Origin: Octopus vulgaris
Lineage: Eukaryota
Assembly: GCA_951406725.2 (NCBI GenBank)
Contig: OX597815.1
Location: 75,392,001-75,456,000, forward strand
Direction of reading: 5' to 3'
Length of the DNA stretch: 64,000 nt
In this document: positions 54,764-64,000 of the stretch, piece after piece
Layout of the letters: every line of letters starts with the position of its first letter
How positions within the stretch are numbered: position 1 is the first letter of the stretch
The notes under the pieces: generated by a model
Database searches by the model: none
What the model was told of the DNA's origin: nothing
The model's input: only the letters and a program-made list of their open reading frames with translations
Program-made: the position numbers and the translations under genes

Positions 54764-55561
54764 GCTGCTGCTACTGCTGCTGCTGCTTTTGCTGCTGCTG
54801 CTGCTACTACTACTACTACTACTACTGCTGCTGCTGCTACTACTACTACCACTATTATTACTACTGCTGCTGCTACCACTGCTGCAGCCACTACAACAAC
54901 CCCCACCACCACCACATCCTCCTCCACCACCACCATCACCACCACATCCTCCTCCACCACCACCATCACCACCACCACCGCAATTATTACTACCACCACC
55001 ACCACTACTACTACTATTGTAGCTACTGCTACTGTTGATGCTGCTGCTACTACTAATACTACTACTACAATTCCATTGTCTCGACCACGGTCGAACAATG
55101 ATGATGATGATGACTACTACTACTATTATTACAACCACCGCTTCTACAACTGGAGATACCGCTACTGCAGATGCTACTACTACCACTACTACTAACCCCA
55201 CTACTACCACCACTATTACTACTACTACTATTACGACTACCATCACTACAACTGCTATTACTGCTGCTACCTATTAGTATCACTGCTACCGCTACTGTGG
55301 TTGCAACTAACACATTTCTATTAGTATTGTTGCTATCAGAAAACGGGCGTTTCGGTTAACAAGAGCTCGATTCAATAAGTGCATTTTAATCCTTTCCTTT
55401 GCCATTGTAACTCTGACAACTTTGACAACCATGATTGAAATATTAGCTGAAATCATGAGACTCAACAGGTTGTGATTAATTTAAAAATCGAAGTTTTTAA
55501 AAGGGAAATTAAGTCTTATCTTGTCCTAACCAATCCATATTTTACTCATATTATAGTATTT

Positions 55562-55765
55562 TATTACATTTTCTTCTTCTTCTTCTTCTTCTTCTTCTTC
55601 TTCTTCTTCTTCTTCTTCTTCTTCTTCTTCTTCTTCTTCTTCTTCTTCTTCTTCTTCTTCTTCTTCTTCTTCTTCTTCTTCTTCTTCTTCTTCTTCTTCT
55701 TCTTCTTCTTCTTCTTCTTCTTCTTCTTCTTCCTCCTCCTCCAACTACTACTACTACTACTACTA
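55562..55765 (+). repeat. Compound (TTC)n-(CTC)n-(CTA)n microsatellite, duplicated at 57442-57620
   Basis: Direct reading of the sequence. Confidence 0.9.
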
Positions 55766-55841
55766 ACTATGTGCACACTTTGATGCTGCTGCAGTTGTTG
55801 CTGTAGTTGTTATTGCAGTGGTTTTTGAAAATAGTATTGCA

Positions 55842-56321
<480 letters not shown>

Positions 56322-57365
56322 CCGCATGATCGTCGTACCTTACCCTATTTCGTAACTAATCAAGCTGGAGCGCTCACTCTTCGGATTTCTGTGGAACGGG
56401 CAGATTCCGCTCGTCAGACAATCCATCTGCTGTCAGAAACCGCTGAGTGGAGGACTCGGCTTGCCGTAGCTAACGATGCTGAGGCTGCGACACCTTCAGC
56501 GTTTTCTTAACGCTGAGCAGGTGTGGTCGCCGTTTATCAAACAGGGTTTATGGCACTTGTCTCATTAACGGAGCTACAGTCCTCGATCAAATATAAACCG
56601 AGAAAGAGAGCTTGGCACCAGAAGCGTTGCTAAGTGCTCACAACCCCCTGCCAATCGGGCAAAATGGTCAGTAAAAGTTCCACATTGGAATTCTATAGGA
56701 TATTAGTAGCGGGCAAAAGCGACGACGTCCTCGGGAATACTCTGGGCATCGGAAGGGATAATTTAACTGGTCTTTTCCAAGGTCAGCGGATAATTTCAAG
56801 AAATCTTTGGCCAGACACTGTTACCGAGGAGCTCTGCCAGTTCGAGACAAGCTGTACAGGCAAAACTGTTCTTGATGTGCGCATGGTGACAAAACCGTTC
56901 TGCATGCACTAGTCCAGTGCCCGGGAATTGCTGACTTGTGGAGCTTTGTTGAACAGTTGTTGACGCGTGTAGGACGGATCCGGTTGTCAGTCGAATCCAC
57001 TTGAAAAAGAAAGTGAGGATGGAGAAGGAAGTGTTGACACCCCAACACCTCACCCACCCACACACAATATTTCTGTTGAAAGGTGGGTAAATGTGGAGAG
57101 GATAGCCCGTGTGAATGGGCCTGCTCTGAACATACACTTGTGAAGCAGAGAAGATGAGGAAAGAGGCACTTGCTGAGGTTGCCCTGGCAGTCGGGATGTC
57201 CCTTGTAGAACCTCCGCTTTGAAGGAATTTTACTGTTGAATTTTTGTTGTTAATTGTTCTTGCTTTCTTTTTAATGCACGAATTATTGTGATAGGCCCCA
57301 TTTGTCGCGTGTCGTATTGTCCCTTTTTATTTTGTGTTCGGCCCTTGTGGTCAATATAGAAAAGA
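56322..57365 (+). mobile_element. Tx1/L1-clade LINE 3' half, decayed
   Basis: LFGFLWNGQIPLVRQSICCQKPLSGGLGLP, then CYRGALPVRDKLYR and TVLHALVQCP (zf-RVT-like). The 3' end is CCCTTGTGGTCAATATAGAAA. Confidence 0.8.
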
Positions 57366-57521
57366 TTATTAGTATCATTGTTGTTATTATTATATTTTTA
57401 TTATTATTATTATCATTAATAGTAGTTATATTATAGTATTTTATTACATTTTCTTCTTCTTCTTCTTCTTCTTCTTCTTCTTCTTCTTCTTCTTCTTTTT
57501 CCTCCTCCTCCTCCTCCTCCA

Positions 57522-57619
<98 letters not shown>

Positions 57620-57980
57620 AACAAATACTACTACTGCAACTACTACAGAAAATGAAAGTTCATCCTTGCCCTTTCGCTTCGTGATATTTGTCTTCTACAA
57701 ATTTGCGTAAAGTTTAAAAAAATAGAAATATTTGAAAAGAACTAAAAGAGAAAAGCCGCATCTCTCGCCATTCATCATCTGATGTACTTAGCCTTATTTC
57801 AAATTTAAATAGAATAACATTTTAAAACGACTGGCCTTTACTCTGTGTATCATATTCAACCTGTATTGAATTTGAGCAGAATCGAATTAATCGAATGAAT
57901 AGGGGACAGATTTATATTTATTTATTTATCTATTTTAATTGCTTTTGATTACTAATTTCCGATCAAAAGTTCACGAGAAA

Positions 57981-58061
<81 letters not shown>

Positions 58062-58199
58062 CAGCAGCAGCAGCAGCAAAACTGCTGATCTCAGATGAGT
58101 GTCGTTTCATGACATTAATCGGAAAGGGGGTGTTTGCAGAATGAAGTGTTTGCCGGTAAATGAGATAAACAGATAGAGAGGTAGATAGAAAACGAGAAA

Positions 58200-58250
<51 letters not shown>

Positions 58251-58280
58251 GAGTCGAACAGACAGACAGATGGACAGGCG

Positions 58281-58316
<36 letters not shown>

Positions 58317-58326
58317 TATAGATAGA

Positions 58327-58447
<121 letters not shown>

Positions 58448-60724
58448 TCAGATTGAGATGAAAGGGGCAAGTGAGTGTGAGAGTGCGTGAACTGGATGAG
58501 AGATGTATCTGTCCCTGGAGAGGGCACTGTCAATCGTAGTCTGGCTTTCTCTACAGGTATAATTGAACTCGACAATGCAAACTAACAAATTTAATCATCA
58601 ATTCTACTTTACAGTGATTTATACGAGTTGTAGTGCCTATTTAGAGCGGAATCCATCAAATTTAGATAATATAGATTGGTGAGACCGACACGATTGACGT
58701 TCTGCTGGTCGGGAGTGTTTTGTGAAAGCTTTACAGACAGAACACTCTAGCAAACGGCAGTTATGTGACTGAAAAGACTGGAGAAAAAATAGGTCCCAAG
58801 GCAATGCATTTCAGTGATGTAGATAGGGGAAGCTAAGATGAAGCCAACGGGTTGACTGGTGTGACAGAAGTACGCAATTAGTAAATCCTGACGAACAAGG
58901 ATTGCTTTTTGTGCTGGTTTAGCTCTTTAGTTGTACAGGACTGCCTCACTTTACGAGACCTCGAGTTTACGAGTTTTAGTTTTCAAGCACACAATCCAAA
59001 TTTTGAACGAAGTGCAAAAGTTTCTACTACCATAACACATGCTTCTGCGTGTTAGGGAGACATTTATAGAGAGCCAAAAGAAGGCTTCTACGCAAACAAC
59101 TCTAGGCTTGTTTTAAAAACAAATCTACAAGTCTGTCTACGAGTGTTTGAGAATCGGTGATCGAGTCTACAAGCGATGATGTGCGAGCATTTAATTATGA
59201 GTATTATAAATTTTATGGGTAAAATATTTTTCTGGGAACGATTTACGATTTATAACATTGCTACAATGGGAAATTATTGCTCTGTTTTATGAGTTTTCAC
59301 TTTACGAGGAGTATCCGGGAACAAATTAACTCGCATATCGAAACATTACTGTACAATGCCAGTAAATATACAGCGTTGAGGCATTTGGCGGTCTTTAAAA
59401 GGAGACCAAGTCTATTGTTATACTGCCTTAGATATACAATATACGTCAAATACTTGTGTTCACACATTCTCATACACGTATATACTTATACATCCCTCCT
59501 TAATACAAAGGTCCACGTGCGTGCAAAGACACGAACATGGACACGCGCATGCACAGACACAGTGTTGTTATTTCTCGGTTCCGTCAGTAAACAGTCAGCA
59601 ATTTGAACAACAAACCAAGCTTGTTAGTGCGTGTGCATCTGTCCGTATGTGTGTGTGTTTGTATGCGTGTGTGTATGTGTGTGTGCGTCGTGTATGTATG
59701 TGCGTGTGAACGTGAATTGTATTTATTGAGTAACAAGATTAACTTAGCTCTCCATGTTACTTCAATTTTCGTGGGCGTAAAAAAACACGATCGGCTCTTC
59801 GGATATGAGACAAAATGAATTTTAAAAAAGGCGAGATGGCTTCTTTCTTACATAAGATCGTATTTTGAAGCATTGACAAATTTAAAAGCAAGCCTTTTTA
59901 TGAAATTTCTCGTTTTTCATTTAACGTTCCATTCTCTTCTATTAAAGACCGTGTATTGACTTTCCGAGTATTTCAAAGGTAGATTGAGGCGACTAACTTC
60001 TGATTAAATTGCTTATACTAATCGAAATACCAGTGTTTCAGCAAACACAGCGACCCACCATGCTATAGGTTTCATTGATGTCTAATTAGCGAAGAACGAC
60101 TGTACATAGGCATAAAAAGCATAGAGTTTGTGTTATCATCGAAGTTGTTTTTACTTGGTTGTTATGTTTCAAGTCGACAGCATATCTTGCGCAAAAAAGT
60201 TAAGCAACAACTTATATGAAAATGTAAATGAACAAGAACAACCTAACACTTCCAACAAACTGTTGGAATAAAATAATGGCTCACCAAGCCGAAATTTATA
60301 TCCGAATTAAATTCATATAGGAAATAATCTTTCAGCAGTGTAAATATGTCCAGGCATAGCTGTATGACACTACTGTCTCTCAAATGCTTATAACTTTTAT
60401 ATACTTTTGTCAGCGGATTCTTAATGGCTTTGGGGTGTTTTTATACCATATATAAAAAAATATGCTTTGACAAAATAGTAATGCTTCCAGCATATTCTAT
60501 GTCTGATTATTTAGAAAGGATCATTTGATTATATTCGGAGATAAAATGGTTACACGGACATTACACTTTTCAAACAAAATTTTTTGCGAATTAACAATAG
60601 CAGAAGGGGCTAAGAAATACATTTTAAATCATATTTCTCTAACATAAAAACATACATCATTTCACACATTTATTGATAGCATTAATACACTGAAAGCTAT
60701 AACAAATCCCAAAATATAGTTTTG

Positions 60725-60773
<49 letters not shown>

Positions 60774-60852
60774 CAAAACATCCACCACAGTCAAAACAAC
60801 ACCCACCACCATCACCAATACACTACTACTATAACAACAACTGCTGCTGCTG

Positions 60853-60912
<60 letters not shown>

Positions 60913-61363
60913 ATTAGCAGCTTGTGAGCAATAAGCATCAAAATCGATCACAGACACTCATACCTTAAAACTTTACAGACACAATTGTTAGTTTGAAGCA
61001 ATATTTGGTTTTGAAAATTTTGAAGAAAGCATACGGAATGCTCTTGTTTACAGAAAATCTGTGGCATACGTCACAGAATGTACTCTAGTTAGAATATGCA
61101 ATAAGACAAACAGTAGGGTGATAATTATTGTGGTTCAAAATCAACAACAAATATTAATCGCTAAAATAAAAAATCAACAATATAGTTAACATGTGATATC
61201 AGAATTTTTACAACATCGAAATAGTTTTAATTATCTTTACCCAGTTTGCTGTTAGAAAGGATTATAAAAACATTTTTGTTTTAGAAGTATGATTGAAGAG
61301 CAGTATGATTGCCCGGTCAAGGAATCTCTTGGAAGGAGAACTACTCAAAGCAGGTATGTCGAT

Positions 61364-61466
<103 letters not shown>

Positions 61467-61498
61467 TGATGATGATGATGATAATGATGATGATGATG

Positions 61499-61586
<88 letters not shown>

Positions 61587-61776
61587 TGATGATGTTGATG
61601 ATAATCCTTTCTTCTGGAGGCACTAGGCCTCAAATTTGTGGGGAGAAAGGACTAGTCTATAATATCGACCCCAGTGTTTCACTGGTACTTAATTTATATC
61701 CCCGAAAGGATGAAAAGCAAAGTCGACCTCGGCGGAATTTTGAAATCAGAATGTAGCAGCAGACGAAATACTGCTT

Positions 61777-62420
<644 letters not shown>

Positions 62421-62421
62421 C

Positions 62422-62498
<77 letters not shown>

Positions 62499-62565
62499 TC
62501 AGCTTATTTTGCTTGGTATGATGGAAAGTGTCAGCTGTACACAACCAGCAGACTAAAGTGACACT

Positions 62566-64000
62566 TGTTTACTGGTCATGCTTCAAGAACATTGCGAAGA
62601 ATTCTTGCAGTTCCAAGCAATGCTGGTTTTTGTAGGTGTTCTACCTTCACACTTGCACCGATCTTTTTCAGCCATGTTGGTAGTTAAGTGCTGGTACTTC
62701 CATGTGCAGAAATTACTATTGACTTCACATCTACTCTCTCCATTGACCACGACCTTCATATTTCCCACTTTATTCATTACAACAATGTCCGGATTCCTAT
62801 GTCTGGTCAGGTGATCGCACTGGATCATTACATCGCACAGGATTTTGCAGTTCTCATTTTCAATGACTTCTTCTGAGGTTTGTTCGTACCACGTCTTTGC
62901 TCTTTGTAGGCCGTAATTTCCACAGAGCTCCCAACAGATCGTTCTTGTCACATTGCCTGGTGTCATTTGTATTCGTGTGTCAATTACGGGTATTCGCTAA
63001 CGATGTACCATACCGTTTCACCTCTTTCACCACGCATTCGGCATTTGTCGCTATCGGTAATGTTGTCAAGTCTGCACTTCATATAATTGGTCCTTAACGT
63101 TTGCTCCTGAGCTGCGCATATGAGTGCTTCTGGCTCTATTTTCAGGTCACTCTTCCTCATCCGTAGCCACCGGTCCTCTGTATCTGTCTTCGCATTCAGA
63201 TCTTTTGTAAACTGACCGTACATTTTTTCCTTCCATGCTTTTTCTTTTCTATTTATTTTTTTGTTCCTTTCTTGTTTAAATTTTTCTTTAGTTACGCAAT
63301 TTTCGGTTTTGATGACATCGGCTTTATTCGTATAGTTTAACAGTGGCTCCATGGAATTATTTATATGTCACTCTACTTCTGGACAAGTACAGCCCATCTG
63401 TGTCACTCTTAGAGTGGAAGGCTTTGTGTACTGTCAACATTTTTCTGGCCTTGGTATCCATTTTCTTCCTTTGTCTCTTTTGTCATTTTGTAATTTCCCG
63501 CCCCATACCGAAGTGATGCTGACGTCCACGTATTAACTGCTTGGATTTTATTCCATCCAGTCAATTTTGAGCACAGCACCAACCCCAGTCTTCGGAAATA
63601 CTTCTTCCTTAGTTTCTCTATCATTTCCTTTTCCATTATCTAGTTGTACTCTAGTACACCAAGGTATTTGTAGACTTCCGCTTCAATTTACTTAATCAAG
63701 TCTCTAAGGGACTGTATCTTGCCTCTTTTTAGGTAGATTACTCCGTATTTCTTCAGTCCAAATTCCATTCTAATATCAGTACTAAAACAGTGGACCGTGT
63801 TCACCAAGGAACTCACTTCTGTCTCATCTTTGTCATACAGTTTCAAATCATCCATGAAGAGGAGGTGGTTAATTGTCTGGGGTTTATACATTAGTTGGTA
63901 CCCCGGGTTCATTTTCCTGTGTACCAAGGCCAGGGGTATCATGCAGACAACGAAAAGCAATGGATATAAGCTACCACCTTAGAAAATCCTTCTTCTGATA
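62566..64000 (-). mobile_element. Dong/R4-like LINE fragment (RT C-half, zinc knuckle, RLE), runs off the window
   Basis: INHLLFMDDLKLY, MEFGLKK, YKYLGVLE, AAQEQTLRT, KCRM....ETVWYIVS and HRNPDIVVM. Confidence 0.9.

Overview
This is AT-rich, microsatellite-saturated animal DNA. The SINE families and repeat content suggest a coleoid cephalopod (Octopus-like), which is inference only. I could not support any host protein-coding gene, and most of the supplied ORFs are read-throughs of simple repeats. The window is mostly transposable-element remnants: tRNA-derived SINEs, Dong/R4-like, CR1, RTE and Tx1/L1-like LINE fragments, a decayed Tc1, an hATm-like element, hAT remnants and MITEs, and an internally deleted Ty3/Gypsy element. 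The main structure is a ~5.2 kb near-perfect palindrome (35101-40344) made of two 5'-truncated Penelope-like retroelements (PLE; RT + GIY-YIG) joined at their 5' ends. Each arm has a different frameshift and a hammerhead-ribozyme-like motif in its 3' region. The same plan recurs at smaller scale at 15.2-16.1, 26.2-26.4 and 52.9-53.5 kb: a fold-back inverted copy, often a one-sided tail, (TA)n flanks, and often a hammerhead core. This suggests a (TA)n-targeting, fold-back-generating PLE/hammerhead system.
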